Shown: positions 1-10,544, numbered from the stretch's first letter. The stretch is 64,000 bases of DNA from an uncultured Arcobacter sp. (GCA_965140705.1 OZ223301.1:1-64000); one strand, 5' to 3'. Notes: generated by a model from the sequence alone, not told the origin. Program-made: numbers and translations.

Positions 1-3000
1 GGAGATAAAGTAACAGTAACTGTTTCAAATGAAGGAACTACACAATATTATGCAATCTCTGGAAATACAGTAGTATTAACACAAGCAGGAGCAGATTTAG
101 TAAATAGTGGAGCAGATTTACCAAGATTTACAGTAAGTGCAACAGATGGAAAACAAACAACTCCTGCAACAGATTCAGCAACACCAGAGGCAACTATTGG
201 TAAGTTAGCAATAATAGATATTGTTGATGAAAATGGTGATTATTCAGTAGTAATATTAAAAGGTACAGGTGGAGAATCTGGAAATATTATAAAAATATAT
301 GATGAAGATAATAATGTTATAGGAACAACAACAGTACAATCAGATGGAACTTGGAATATAGATATTAGTAATCTTCCAGGAACACCAGTTAACGATAATG
401 AATTTTTTAAAGCAACTGAAATTGATTTAGAAGGAAATAAAACTCAAGAAACAGAAGTAACACATTATTGGCATGGAGATTGGTCAGATGGTAATACAGA
501 ATCATCAGATGACTTTGTAATGACAGGTGCTGGTAATGATATTATTAATACAGATGACCTTTTAATTGGAAGAAATGAAAATGGAGAAGTAACCAGTAAT
601 AATAATGATACAAATGATAAGTTAGTAATAGATGGTGGAAATGGAACTGATATTGTAACATTTGGAAAAGATATTTCAGAATATACAATCACAAAAGATG
701 CAAATGGAAATATTGTAATAACTGAAACAGCTGCAAGTGATAGTAATAATGATGGAAAAGGTGATGTAACAGAACTTAGAAGAGTAGAGTTTATAAAATT
801 TGCTGATGGTACTTATGATGTAGCTGAACAAAACTTTATTCCAAAAGCTTCTAATAGTGAAGTTTCTACAGATGAAGATACATCAGTGTCTCTTACAATA
901 AATGACTTTGGATATTCTGATACAGAGGGAAATTCTTTAAGTGCAGTTCAAATTGTATCTCTTCCAATTAATGGGCTTTTAACATTAAATGGTCAATCTG
1001 TAAATGCTGGTGATGAAATAAGTGCAAATGATATTAATTCTGGTAATTTAGTATTTAAACCTTCTTCTAATAGTGATAGCAATACAAGCTTTGATTTTAA
1101 AGTAAGTGATGGAAAAGATTGGAGTGAGAATAGTGCAACTACAACAATCAATGTTGAAGCCGTTGCAGATGCACCAAGTATAACTCTTAGTATAACTAAT
1201 ACAGGTGAAGTAGTTTCAAGTACCACTAACTTAGTAGAAAATGGAAGTTTTGAAGATATTTCAGGAACTGATGCTAATGGTAATAGTGTAAGTAATCATG
1301 ACATTGCTTATGGAGGAGTAGCTCATAATCAATCAATTACAGGTTGGCACCTGATTACAAATGAAGGTGCAAGTGCACCTACTATGGAAGTTCATGAATC
1401 ACATCATGCAAATGTTGGTGCTACAGATGGACATAACTATATGGATTTAGGGGAAACCCATCATAATGGAGATACTGATAATGATAATACTCAAATTGGA
1501 CAAGTTATTTCTGGTATTGAAGTTGGAGAGCCTTATACACTAAAATTTGATTATTTTGATAAAGCTGCATCACAAGAAAGTGGCGTGAATGGTCAAAATT
1601 CAGGTAAAGTTGAAGTTTACTGGGGTGGCGAAAAAATTGCAACTATAGATGGAAATAATACTACATGGGAAAACTATACAGCCCAAGTAAAAGGTGGTAC
1701 TGGTGATGGTTCAAATCTATTGAGCTTTAAAGAAGTTGGAGAAGGCAATGATAACTGGGGTATGGCAATAGATAATGTCTCAATTGTTAAAGCTGATATG
1801 GTTAAATATGATTTAGATATTAGTTCAAGTTTATCGGATACAGATGGAAGTGAAAGTTTAAGTATAACACTAAGTGGTATACCAACTGGGGCAACACTAG
1901 AGGGAGCAACATTAAATGATGATGGAACTTGGACAATTAATGTAGATGGAAATACTTTTGATGGTACAGTTGAAATGATGATTCCTAAAACTATTTCAGA
2001 TAATTTTAATATAACAGCAACAGCTACTGCAACAGAATCTTCAAATGGTGATACTTCAACAGCAACAGCAATAGAAACAGCAATAACAAACTTGGTACCA
2101 ACTTCAGAAGGTGAAGAAAAAACTATTGATTTTGAAGGAATTTTACCACAAAATGACGATACAACTGTTGTGACACCAGAAGCAACTAATGTAGTTATTG
2201 CCTTAGATATTTCTGGAAGTATGGATGATAAAGTAACATTAGCTGATGGTACACAAAAAACTCGATTGGAACTTGCTATTGATTCTTTAAAAGAGATGAT
2301 TGATACATATGAAGATAATGGTGGAGTTAATGTTAAATTGACAACATTTAATACTGATGCTTCTTCAACAGGATGGATGAGTGCTGAAGATGCATTAAAA
2401 GCTTTAGAAGGATTACATTCTGGAAGTGCCACAAATTATGAAGATGCACTGTTTGAGACATATAATACCTATACGGAAACACCAAATGGTGAAAAATCAG
2501 TAGTTTATTTTATCTCTGATGGTGCACCAAATAGAGAGAACTGGGATAGTGATGGTTCAGGAAGTAATTATATAACATATGTTGATGGACAAGCTGTTGA
2601 TAATGGATATATTACAAAATGGACAGAGTTCTTAAAAGATAATGCTAGTGAATTAAATGTTATTGGTATTGGTACTGGATTAGATGCAAATGATCCAGAC
2701 TTCCAAAGAATAGCAGTAAATGTCGGTACGATTGAAACAAATGTTTTGGTTGTAAAAGATGTTACAGAATTAAAAGAGACTTTACTTGATAATATATCAG
2801 CAAAAGTTGAAGGAAATGTTATTGATAATGTTTCTGGTGGTGATGGAGCAATATCAATTGCTTCAATTACAATTGAAGGTGTTGAATATACAAAAGATAA
2901 CTTCCCTGATAGTGGTGTGAAAATGCAAAGTGGAAGTAAATTGATGTTTGATTTTAGTACAGGAAATTATACTTTTAGTGCAGTAGCAGGAAACTATAAA

Positions 3001-4605
3001 GTTGACACTGTTGAAAGTTTTAAAATTACAGCAGCTGATGTAGATGGAGATACTACAAGTTTTGATGTTAATATTAATGTTAATGTTGATGATAAAGCTT
3101 CTACCCCAATTTTAACTATGGATATAGGAGATGCTCAAGTTATAGAAAATACAGCAAATACTTTTTCAGATATAGCTATTCATAATAATGGTGGTATAAA
3201 TTTAGACGATGACTATGAACTTCCTCGGTATAAAAATAATGATGTGAATTTGAATATTGATAATATTAATGCAAATAAAATTGAAACAAATGGTGGAGAT
3301 GATAATATCAATATTAAATATAGTGCAAGTGGTAAAGACATAGACTTAGGAAATGGAGATGACACTTTAGTTATTGGAGGAAGTGCTGATAGAAGTGAAA
3401 TTAATATGGGTGATGGAAATGATATTGTACAAATCAACGGTAATTTTCAAGGAACAACAAATACTGCACCATGGCCTTTGGATAATAGTAAAGGACACAT
3501 TTATCTAGGTTCTGGTGATGATAAGATTCAACTTCATAGTGGAAGTAACTTTGACAATGGACACATAGATGGTGGATGGGGAAATGATACATTATATTTC
3601 ACTGGTAGTGCTACAGAGTATAAAATATTTGATAGTAATAATAATTTAATAAGTGATTCAAATTTGACTAATATGAATAGTTGTGGTGAATACAAAATAT
3701 ATAGAATTGATGGGAATGGAACTCTTCAAGGTGCACCATTATATGTTTCAAAAATAGAAAATATTGTATTTGAAGCAGATCAAGTTACTACTAGAATTTA
3801 TCAATATGCTATCACTTTAAGTGCTCTATTGACTGATACTGATGGTAGCGAAACACTCTCAAATATTACCTTGACTGATATTCCTGCAGATGCAACACTG
3901 CAAGATAGTAATGGAAGTGTAATTAGTGCTAATGCAGATGGAAGTTATACACTTCAAGTTGATACTAATGGTGACGCAAATGTAACATTAGTAAGTAAAA
4001 CAGAAGTTGACTCAAGTGATTTAGAACATATTACTGCAAGTGTAACATCAACAGAGAACGATTCAAAAGATGCAATAACTGTACATGTTACTACTGAAGC
4101 AAAAACTATAGAAGGTACTGAGCATACAAATGATATCAAAGGAACTGATGCCAATGAACATATAGATGGAAAAGGTGGTGCAGATGTTATTCATGCAGGT
4201 GCAGGTGATGATACTATAGTATTTAATGGAACTGAAAAATCAATTGATGGTGGAGCAGGAAATGATACACTAGTTATGAATAATGATACAATTGATTTAG
4301 AAGAGGTTTTAAAACATACAGAGATAAAAAATATCGAAAATATAGATTTAACTAATAATCATGCACAAGAAATGAATATAAATCTAGAGGATATTTTAAA
4401 TATTACAGATGAAAACCATGAATTAAAAATCTTCGGTGATAGTGATGATAAAGTTACTCTTGAAGGTGGAGATGCAAAATGGTCACAACAAGCTGATTAT
4501 GTAAGTGATACTGGAGAAACATTCCATGTTTATCAAGGGACAGTTGGTGGTTCAAATGTAAAAGTCTTAATTGACGATGATGTTTCAGTTACTCCTGATG
4601 TATAA
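1..4605 (+). CDS. C-terminal part of a giant RTX/T1SS-secreted adhesin (cadherin/Ig-like repeats, CBM-like domain, vWA domain, RTX Ca-binding repeats); 5'-truncated by window edge
   Basis: Frame 1 is open from base 1 (GDKVTVTVSNEG...LTQAGADLVNSGADLP...) into the listed 520..4605 ORF. It has a vWA MIDAS motif DISGSM, GGxGxD nonapeptides (GGNGTD, GGWGND, GGAGND), DTDGSE Ig-like repeats and an acidic T1SS-type C-terminus. Confidence 0.88.
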   Translation, partial: GDKVTVTVSNEGTTQYYAISGNTVVLTQAGADLVNSGADLPRFTVSATDGKQTTPATDSATPEATIGKLAIIDIVDENGDYSVVILKGTGGESGNIIKIYDEDNNVIGTTTVQSDGTWNIDISNLPGTPVNDNEFFKATEIDLEGNKTQETEVTHYWHGDWSDGNTESSDDFVMTGAGNDIINTDDLLIGRNENGEVTSNNNDTNDKLVIDGGNGTDIVTFGKDISEYTITKDANGNIVITETAASDSNNDGKGDVTELRRVEFIKFADGTYDVAEQNFIPKASNSEVSTDEDTSVSLTINDFGYSDTEGNSLSAVQIVSLPINGLLTLNGQSVNAGDEISANDINSGNLVFKPSSNSDSNTSFDFKVSDGKDWSENSATTTINVEAVADAPSITLSITNTGEVVSSTTNLVENGSFEDISGTDANGNSVSNHDIAYGGVAHNQSITGWHLITNEGASAPTMEVHESHHANVGATDGHNYMDLGETHHNGDTDNDNTQIGQVISGIEVGEPYTLKFDYFDKAASQESGVNGQNSGKVEVYWGGEKIATIDGNNTTWENYTAQVKGGTGDGSNLLSFKEVGEGNDNWGMAIDNVSIVKADMVKYDLDISSSLSDTDGSESLSITLSGIPTGATLEGATLNDDGTWTINVDGNTFDGTVEMMIPKTISDNFNITATATATESSNGDTSTATAIETAITNLVPTSEGEEKTIDFEGILPQNDDTTVVTPEATNVVIALDISGSMDDKVTLADGTQKTRLELAIDSLKEMIDTYEDNGGVNVKLTTFNTDASSTGWMSAEDALKALEGLHSGSATNYEDALFETYNTYTETPNGEKSVVYFISDGAPNRENWDSDGSGSNYITYVDGQAVDNGYITKWTEFLKDNASELNVIGIGTGLDANDPDFQRIAVNVGTIETNVLVVKDVTELKETLLDNISAKVEGNVIDNVSGGDGAISIASITIEGVEYTKDNFPDSGVKMQSGSKLMFDFSTGNYTFSAVAGNYKVDTVESFKITAADVDGDTTSFDVNINVNVDDKASTPILTMDIGDAQVIENTANTFSDIAIHNNGGINLDDDYELPRYKNNDVNLNIDNINANKIETNGGDDNINIKYSASGKDIDLGNGDDTLVIGGSADRSEINMGDGNDIVQINGNFQGTTNTAPWPLDNSKGHIYLGSGDDKIQLHSGSNFDNGHIDGGWGNDTLYFTGSATEYKIFDSNNNLISDSNLTNMNSCGEYKIYRIDGNGTLQGAPLYVSKIENIVFEADQVTTRIYQYAITLSALLTDTDGSETLSNITLTDIPADATLQDSNGSVISANADGSYTLQVDTNGDANVTLVSKTEVDSSDLEHITASVTSTENDSKDAITVHVTTEAKTIEGTEHTNDIKGTDANEHIDGKGGADVIHAGAGDDTIVFNGTEKSIDGGAGNDTLVMNNDTIDLEEVLKHTEIKNIENIDLTNNHAQEMNINLEDILNITDENHELKIFGDSDDKVTLEGGDAKWSQQADYVSDTGETFHVYQGTVGGSNVKVLIDDDVSVTPDV

Positions 4606-4611
4606 TAAAAA

Positions 4612-4639
4612 GTAGAAAAGAGAGTCTTCTCTTTTCTAC
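4612..4639 (+). terminator. Intrinsic terminator-like hairpin after adhesin
   Basis: Perfect 12-bp stem gtagaaaagaga/tctcttttctac, 4-nt loop, directly after the stop codon. Confidence 0.7.
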
Positions 4640-4665
4640 AAATTTTATCTTTATTAAAAATTAGT

Positions 4666-4671
4666 TATAAT
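4666..4671 (+). promoter_or_regulatory. Putative sigma70 -10 box of tkt
   Basis: TATAAT about 40 nt upstream of the ATG; AGGA SD before the start. Confidence 0.5.
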
Positions 4672-4713
4672 CCGCAAAATACAATTTAAAACTCACAACA
4701 CAGTAGGAAAGAT

Positions 4714-6627
4714 ATGTCAAATAATTTACTTCAAAAACAAGCGGATACAATCAGATTCTTGGCTTCAGATATGGTTCAAAAAGCAAACTCAGGACACCCA
4801 GGTGCACCTATGGGACTTGCTGACATTGCAACAGTATTGAGCAAACATTTAAATGTAAACCCAGCAAACTCAAAGTGGCTAAATAGAGATAGATTAGTTT
4901 TTTCAGGTGGTCATGCAACTGGATTAGTTTATTCATTATTACACCTTTGGGGATTTGATGTAAGTATTGAAGATATCAAAAACTTTAGACAAACAAATTC
5001 AAAAACTCCAGGACATCCGGAATATGGACATACTCATGGGGTAGAAATTACAACTGGTCCATTAGGACAAGGTATTGCAAATGCAGTTGGTTTTGCAATG
5101 GCTAGTAAATATGCAAAAAATCTTTTAAGTGAAGAAGTAATCAATCACAAAGTTTTTTGTTTATGTGGAGATGGAGATTTACAAGAAGGTCTTTCTTATG
5201 AAGCAACAGCAACAGCTGGACATTTAGGACTTGATAATTTAGTTATTATTTATGATTCAAACTCTATTACAATCGAAGGTGATACTTCTATTGCTTGGAG
5301 TGAAGATGTTAAAAAAAGATTTGAAGCTATTGATTTTGAAGTATTAGAAATAGATGGTCATGACTTTACTCAAATAGATGATGCTATTGTGGAAGCAAAA
5401 ACTGCAACTAAGCCAGTTCTAATTATAGCAAAAACTGCTATTGGAAAAGGTGCTGCTACTATGGAAGGAAGTCATCATACCCATGGTGCTCCTTTAGGTG
5501 CTGATGAAATTGCTGCTTCTAAAGTAAAAGCTGGATTTAATCCAGAAGAGTCATTTTATGTATCTGATGAAGTAAAAGCTGCTTTTGATAAAACTACAAC
5601 TGGGTCATTGATTGAAAAAGCTTGGAATGATTCTTTAAGTGATCAAGCAAAAGAGAAAATAAATATGTTACAAAACCCTGATTTTGATTCTATTGATTAT
5701 CCTGAATTTGAAGCAGATACAAGTGTTGCTACAAGAGAATCAAATCATAAAATTTTAAATGCTATTTCACAAGCTATTCCTGGATTTATTGGTGGAAGTG
5801 CAGATTTAGCACCATCAAATAAAACAGAATTAAAAGGTGCTGGTGATTTCCCAGTTGGTAAAAATATCCATTTTGGTATCAAAGAACATGCTATGGCATC
5901 TATTTGTAATGCTATGAATTTATATGGATTATTTAAAGTATTCTCTGCTACATTTTTTGTATTTAGTGATTATTTAAAACCAGCAGCTAGAATAGCAGCA
6001 CTTGCTTCTATTCCTCAACATTTTGTTTGGACTCATGATTCTATTGGTGTGGGAGAAGATGGACCAACTCACCAACCAATTGAGCATTTAGGTCAATTTA
6101 GAGCATTACCAAACTTTTATGTATTTAGACCAGCAGATGCTACAGAGAATGTTGCTTCTTGGAAAGTGGCATTAAAATTAAATGCTCCTAGTGCTTTTGT
6201 TTGTTCAAGACAAGGATTAAAAGTACTAAAAGATGATAGAGCTTTTGGTGAAGTTGCAAATGGTGGATATTTAGTTAAAAAAAGAGAAAATGCAACTGTT
6301 ACAATTATGGCATCGGGAAGTGAATTAATGCTTGCTCTTCAAACTGCTTGTTCTTTAGAAGAAGAGGGTGTACTTGCAAATGTTGTTTCTGTTCCTTGTT
6401 ATGATTTATTAGTTGAGCAAGATAAAACATATATTGATACAATCATTGATCCAAGTACTAAAGTTTTTGCTGTAGAAGCGGCAAGAGGTTTAGAGTATTA
6501 TAAATTTGCTGATGTAGTTTATGGTATGGATACTTTTGGAGCTTCTGGTCCTGCAAATGATTTATTTGAACAATTTGGATTTACAATTCCAAAACTAAAA
6601 GCTAAAATCTTAGCTGACTTAAAATAA
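4714..6627 (+). CDS. tkt: Transketolase
   Basis: ANSGHPGAPMG, TPGHPEYGHT, TTGPLGQG, GDGDLQEG ThDP motif, THDSIGVGEDGPTHQP. Confidence 0.98.
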   Translation: MSNNLLQKQADTIRFLASDMVQKANSGHPGAPMGLADIATVLSKHLNVNPANSKWLNRDRLVFSGGHATGLVYSLLHLWGFDVSIEDIKNFRQTNSKTPGHPEYGHTHGVEITTGPLGQGIANAVGFAMASKYAKNLLSEEVINHKVFCLCGDGDLQEGLSYEATATAGHLGLDNLVIIYDSNSITIEGDTSIAWSEDVKKRFEAIDFEVLEIDGHDFTQIDDAIVEAKTATKPVLIIAKTAIGKGAATMEGSHHTHGAPLGADEIAASKVKAGFNPEESFYVSDEVKAAFDKTTTGSLIEKAWNDSLSDQAKEKINMLQNPDFDSIDYPEFEADTSVATRESNHKILNAISQAIPGFIGGSADLAPSNKTELKGAGDFPVGKNIHFGIKEHAMASICNAMNLYGLFKVFSATFFVFSDYLKPAARIAALASIPQHFVWTHDSIGVGEDGPTHQPIEHLGQFRALPNFYVFRPADATENVASWKVALKLNAPSAFVCSRQGLKVLKDDRAFGEVANGGYLVKKRENATVTIMASGSELMLALQTACSLEEEGVLANVVSVPCYDLLVEQDKTYIDTIIDPSTKVFAVEAARGLEYYKFADVVYGMDTFGASGPANDLFEQFGFTIPKLKAKILADLK

Positions 6628-6632
6628 AAGAG

Positions 6633-6656
6633 AAGATGAGGAAACTCATCTTTTCT
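6633..6656 (+). terminator. Intrinsic terminator after tkt
   Basis: aagatgag-GAAA-ctcatctt stem-loop with T-rich tail. Confidence 0.7.
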
Positions 6657-6743
6657 ACACTTCTTTTTTAACTTCAATTTTAATATATCATCTTTTTTTA
6701 ATCTAATCTTCTTATAATAGTCCTAAAAACTTTAGGAGAAATA

Positions 6744-7598
6744 ATGTCAATAGGATTTATAGGATTAGGTAATTTAGGTAAAGCTATTTCATCAAGATTA
6801 AGAGATGTTGGTGAGGAAGTAATTGTATATAATAGAAACGCTGATAAAATCAAAGATTTGGGTTATGAAATTGTATCAACACCAAAAGAGTTATTAAAAA
6901 AATGTGACACTATTTTTATGTGTTTGTTTGATTCATCTGCTGTGAATAATATCTTTTCACAGCATGATGGACTTTTATGTGAAGAGTTAAGGGGCAAAAC
7001 AATTATTGATTTGACTACGAATCATTATGAAGATGTTTTAAAGTTCCATGAAGCTGTAAATAATTTAGATGGTAACTATTTGGAAAATCCAGTTTTTGGA
7101 AGTGTAGCTCCAGCACTTAAAGGTGAGCTGACAGTTGTAAGTTCTGGTAAAAAAGAGGTATTTGAAAGTGCAAAACCAATATTAGAAAAAATAGCAAAAG
7201 AGATATTTTATTTAGAAAAACCTTCAAGTGCTACTAAAATGAAGCTTATCAATAATCTTTGTTTAGGCTCTTTTATGGCAACACTTGCAGAGTGTACTGC
7301 TTTAGCTGAAAATTGTGAGATTCCAAAAGCTAAGGCTTTGGAGATTTTGGGTGTAGGTGGTGGTCAATCACTTGTACTAAAAGCAAAAACTCAAAAGCTA
7401 ATTGACGAAGATTTTTCTCCACATTTCTCAAATAGTGCAATAAATAAAGACTTACATCTACTTCAAAATTTAGCCTTTAGTTTAAATCAACCACTATATA
7501 GTGCTGCTATTCCTAAAGAATTATTCTCAAAAATGAAGATGTTAGGTAAAGGTGATGAAGATTTTTCATCAATTTATCAATTATTTAAAAATAAATAA
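6744..7598 (+). CDS. NAD(P)-dependent oxidoreductase, beta-hydroxyacid (3-hydroxyisobutyrate) dehydrogenase family
   Basis: IGFIGLGNLG Rossmann motif, YNRN, PVFGS, catalytic KLINN, KDL motif. Confidence 0.9.
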   Translation: MSIGFIGLGNLGKAISSRLRDVGEEVIVYNRNADKIKDLGYEIVSTPKELLKKCDTIFMCLFDSSAVNNIFSQHDGLLCEELRGKTIIDLTTNHYEDVLKFHEAVNNLDGNYLENPVFGSVAPALKGELTVVSSGKKEVFESAKPILEKIAKEIFYLEKPSSATKMKLINNLCLGSFMATLAECTALAENCEIPKAKALEILGVGGGQSLVLKAKTQKLIDEDFSPHFSNSAINKDLHLLQNLAFSLNQPLYSAAIPKELFSKMKMLGKGDEDFSSIYQLFKNK

Positions 7599-7601
7599 GA
7601 G

Positions 7602-7630
7602 ACTTAAAAGCCACCTTGGCTTTTAAGTTT
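7602..7630 (+). terminator. Intrinsic terminator-like hairpin
   Basis: Perfect 12-bp stem acttaaaagcca/tggcttttaagt, 3-nt loop, after the stop. Confidence 0.7.
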
Positions 7631-7673
7631 AGCTACTATAAAAACATTTTCTAGTTATTTATATATAAATAAC

Positions 7674-7692
7674 AATAATGATAATCTATATT
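7674..7692 (+). promoter_or_regulatory. Putative Fur box upstream of TonB-dependent receptor
   Basis: aataatgataatctatatt matches the GATAATGATAATCATTATC consensus at 15/19 and lies upstream of a siderophore-receptor-like gene. Confidence 0.6.
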
Positions 7693-7776
7693 AATAAACT
7701 ATTAATATTAATTTACTTACAATTCCTTACTTTAGTGAATATATCAATTCTCTTATCAAAACTTAAAAGGAATATA

Positions 7777-9873
7777 ATGAAAAAAAAAATAGTTATTGCA
7801 ATGTCTTTATTTGCTTCTCAAGGATTAACCTTTGCAGATCAATTAGATACAGTTGTAGTACAAGGAGCTCAAGAATCATATTTTGAACAGAACTCTTCTT
7901 CAAGTATGAAAGGTGAGTCAAGTGACAAAAAAACACCTTATACAGTCTCTGTGACAAAGGGAACTTTAATAGATGATTTGCAAGCTCAAAGAATAGAAGA
8001 TACCTTTGATTATACAACAGGAGTAACAAAAGTTGGAAAGAATGCAGATGCCATAATGATACGAGGATTTGGTATTTCTTTAGAAAATATCAAAGTAAAT
8101 GGTATGTCAGGACTTATAAGTAGAATGGGTTCACCTTCAACTGCAAATGTTGAGAGAATAGAAGTAGTAAAAGGACCAACTTCTGTACTATATGGAGCGA
8201 TGCAACCAGGGGGATTAGTAAATATAGTAACTAAACGTCCACAATCAGTACAGAAAACGACATTAGAAACATCTTTACAAACTTATATGTCTAATGGAGT
8301 TTCAAAATTTGGAAGTGATAATGGTATAACAACTACCTTAGATACAACAGGACCTATAAATGAAAATTTATTTTACAGATTTATAGCTGTTGGGGAAAAG
8401 TTAAATTCATATAAAGATAATGTTGATTTTAAAAATCTTTACATCTATCCAAGTTTATTATGGAATGCTAGTGATAATACCTCTTTATTAGTTGCAATGG
8501 AATATGGACATGAAGATGGAAGTGCAGATGATGGACTGTTTGTAGCAAATCATGATATATCAACAGCTGCAAATTTAAACACTGTTTATCAAGAAAAAGA
8601 TGATTATGATAATGATGAAGGAAAAGCATTTGATATTAATCTAGATCATTATATTAATGATAATCTTTTCTTTAATTTTGATTGGAGAAGTGTATTTCAT
8701 AAAGATGAGAGAAAACTTTATGAAAGTAATAAAGTAATTCAAGGTACAACTGTGTCAGATACAACATTAAGAAGAAGAAATAGACATCAATACAATGAAA
8801 GAGATTGGCATAGTTTTGACACAAATTTAAATCTTGATACAGTTATTGCAGATATGAAACATAGCTTGACCTTTGGTTTAGCTGGGAGTTATAGAAAAAC
8901 TGATTATGATAAAATTATTCAAAGTGGTTTTGTAACTCCAAATATTGACATTTATAATCCTATACATGGTGGAACAGTTTCTAATAATCAAGAAACTAGA
9001 AGAAAAACACAATATTACAGTACAGGAGTGTATTTACAAGATAAAATAAGTTTAACAGATAAACTTACCCTTGTAGGTTCTGCAAGAGTAGATAAAACAA
9101 AAATTGATTTTGAGTGTCCAATAGGAACTTGTGAATCACCTGATAAAATAAAAAAATCTAGAGATTTTGTTGGCTCTATTGGGACAATTTATAATATAAA
9201 CGACATTTTCTCAGTGTATGGAAGTTTGGCACAAAGTTATGATCCAAGTCGTGCTGATAGAGTTGATAAATCTGGAGGTATATTAGATACTGAAAAATCA
9301 AAACAATATGAAATAGGTACAAAAATTAATATTAGCAAAGAGTTTAATACAGGAATATCTTTTTATAAAATAAATAAAGAAAATGTAGCTGAACTAATAT
9401 CAGATAATATTTATGAACTCTCTGGAGAAGTTGAGAGTAAAGGTGTAGAATTAGAGGTTCAATGGTTACCTACTGCTAATTGGCAGTTTAAATCAGGATA
9501 TGCTTATAATAAAGCAAAATATGTATCTGGAAAATCTGTTGGAAATACACAAGCACTTACTCCTGAGGTTACTGCATATATATTTACTAGATATAATATT
9601 CCTCAAAAAATATATAATGGTAGGTTTGGATTTTCAACTGGATTAACATATCGAGACAAAATTTATACAAACTCAGTAAAAAGTGCTAGAGTTGAACTTC
9701 CTTCATATGCAAGAGTAGACGTAGGAGCATATTATTCGATAAATGATTGGGATTTTTCATTAAATATTGAAAATCTCACAGATAAGAAATATTATGAATC
9801 AGGGATAAAAGATTATAGAATTTATTCTGGGGAACCTAGAAAATTTACAATAAATATAAAAAGGACATTTTAA
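7777..9873 (+). CDS. TonB-dependent siderophore receptor
   Basis: Start reassigned to ATG 7777 (AAGGA SD, MKKKIVIAMSLFASQGLTFA signal peptide). TonB box-like DTVVV, plug motif ERIEVVKGPTSVLYG..PGG.VN, NLTDKKY, GEPR and C-terminal F. Confidence 0.93.
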   Translation: MKKKIVIAMSLFASQGLTFADQLDTVVVQGAQESYFEQNSSSSMKGESSDKKTPYTVSVTKGTLIDDLQAQRIEDTFDYTTGVTKVGKNADAIMIRGFGISLENIKVNGMSGLISRMGSPSTANVERIEVVKGPTSVLYGAMQPGGLVNIVTKRPQSVQKTTLETSLQTYMSNGVSKFGSDNGITTTLDTTGPINENLFYRFIAVGEKLNSYKDNVDFKNLYIYPSLLWNASDNTSLLVAMEYGHEDGSADDGLFVANHDISTAANLNTVYQEKDDYDNDEGKAFDINLDHYINDNLFFNFDWRSVFHKDERKLYESNKVIQGTTVSDTTLRRRNRHQYNERDWHSFDTNLNLDTVIADMKHSLTFGLAGSYRKTDYDKIIQSGFVTPNIDIYNPIHGGTVSNNQETRRKTQYYSTGVYLQDKISLTDKLTLVGSARVDKTKIDFECPIGTCESPDKIKKSRDFVGSIGTIYNINDIFSVYGSLAQSYDPSRADRVDKSGGILDTEKSKQYEIGTKINISKEFNTGISFYKINKENVAELISDNIYELSGEVESKGVELEVQWLPTANWQFKSGYAYNKAKYVSGKSVGNTQALTPEVTAYIFTRYNIPQKIYNGRFGFSTGLTYRDKIYTNSVKSARVELPSYARVDVGAYYSINDWDFSLNIENLTDKKYYESGIKDYRIYSGEPRKFTINIKRTF

Positions 9874-9879
9874 AATACT

Positions 9880-10485
9880 ATGTCAAAAAAGAAATCATTA
9901 AGTAACAAAGCAAGGTCTCTTCATAGAGATCTTGGGTATTTTTTTATAGGTATTACACTTATATATGCAATTACGGGTTTTGTATTATCTGTTCGTGGTT
10001 TAGGTTGGTTTAAATATGAATATACTTTTCAAACAAATATTTCAAAAAATATTTCAAGTGATGAGTTTAAAGAAAAGCTAATAAGTGAAGCAAAAGTTGG
10101 AAAGCTTGATTATATTTATAAAGTTGGATCAAAGAGTACTGTAGAAAAAAGAATATCTAGATTGAATTTTGTAAAACAAGAAAATAGTACTTTGTTTTTT
10201 GATTATAAGTATATGCATATAATTTATAATCAAAGTTCTGGGGAGACAAATATAAAATATATCTCTTACCCAGCTTTTTTACAGATGTTTATTAACTCTC
10301 ACTTATCGACTAATAATAGAGCTTGGTATTATTTAGCTATGGTTTATAGTATTGTTTTAGCCTTTTTTGCTTTATCAGCTATCGTAATGGTAAAGGGAAA
10401 ATATGGTTTCAAAAAAAGAGGCTTTCTTTTAATGTTAACAGGAATATTTACAGTTGTGATTTTTTTAGCCCTTTCATTTTCTTAA
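9880..10485 (+). CDS. PepSY-associated TM helix protein (PepSY_TM-like)
   Basis: RSLHRDLGYFFIGITLIYAITG N-terminal motif, second His (NSH), C-terminal TM helices; follows the TBDR. Confidence 0.8.
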   Translation: MSKKKSLSNKARSLHRDLGYFFIGITLIYAITGFVLSVRGLGWFKYEYTFQTNISKNISSDEFKEKLISEAKVGKLDYIYKVGSKSTVEKRISRLNFVKQENSTLFFDYKYMHIIYNQSSGETNIKYISYPAFLQMFINSHLSTNNRAWYYLAMVYSIVLAFFALSAIVMVKGKYGFKKRGFLLMLTGIFTVVIFLALSFS

Positions 10486-10499
10486 TATTTATATTACTT

Positions 10500-10508
10500 T
10501 GTTATAAT
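10500..10508 (+). promoter_or_regulatory. Extended -10 promoter element
   Basis: TGTTATAAT (TGnTATAAT) about 36 nt upstream of the TTG start. Confidence 0.5.
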
Positions 10509-10544
10509 TTCGGAAATCTAATAAATTATTACAAAGGAAATAGA

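Noticed and set aside
520..522. ATG 520 as the adhesin start
   Set aside because: The frame is open from base 1 with adhesin-like sequence, so the gene begins upstream of the window
3280..3600. Beta-roll as an ice-binding domain like that of MpIBP
   Set aside because: The period is 20 residues, there are few turns, and there is no regular Thr row (xGTGND)
7678..7776. Longer N-terminus of the TonB receptor from ATG 7678
   Set aside because: That ATG lies inside the Fur-like box with no SD; ATG 7777 has an SD and gives a normal signal peptide
7780..7789. A10 tract as a phase-variation switch
   Set aside because: It encodes the KKK of a signal peptide, A/T runs are common in this genome, and the frame is intact; no long poly-G/C tract was noticed
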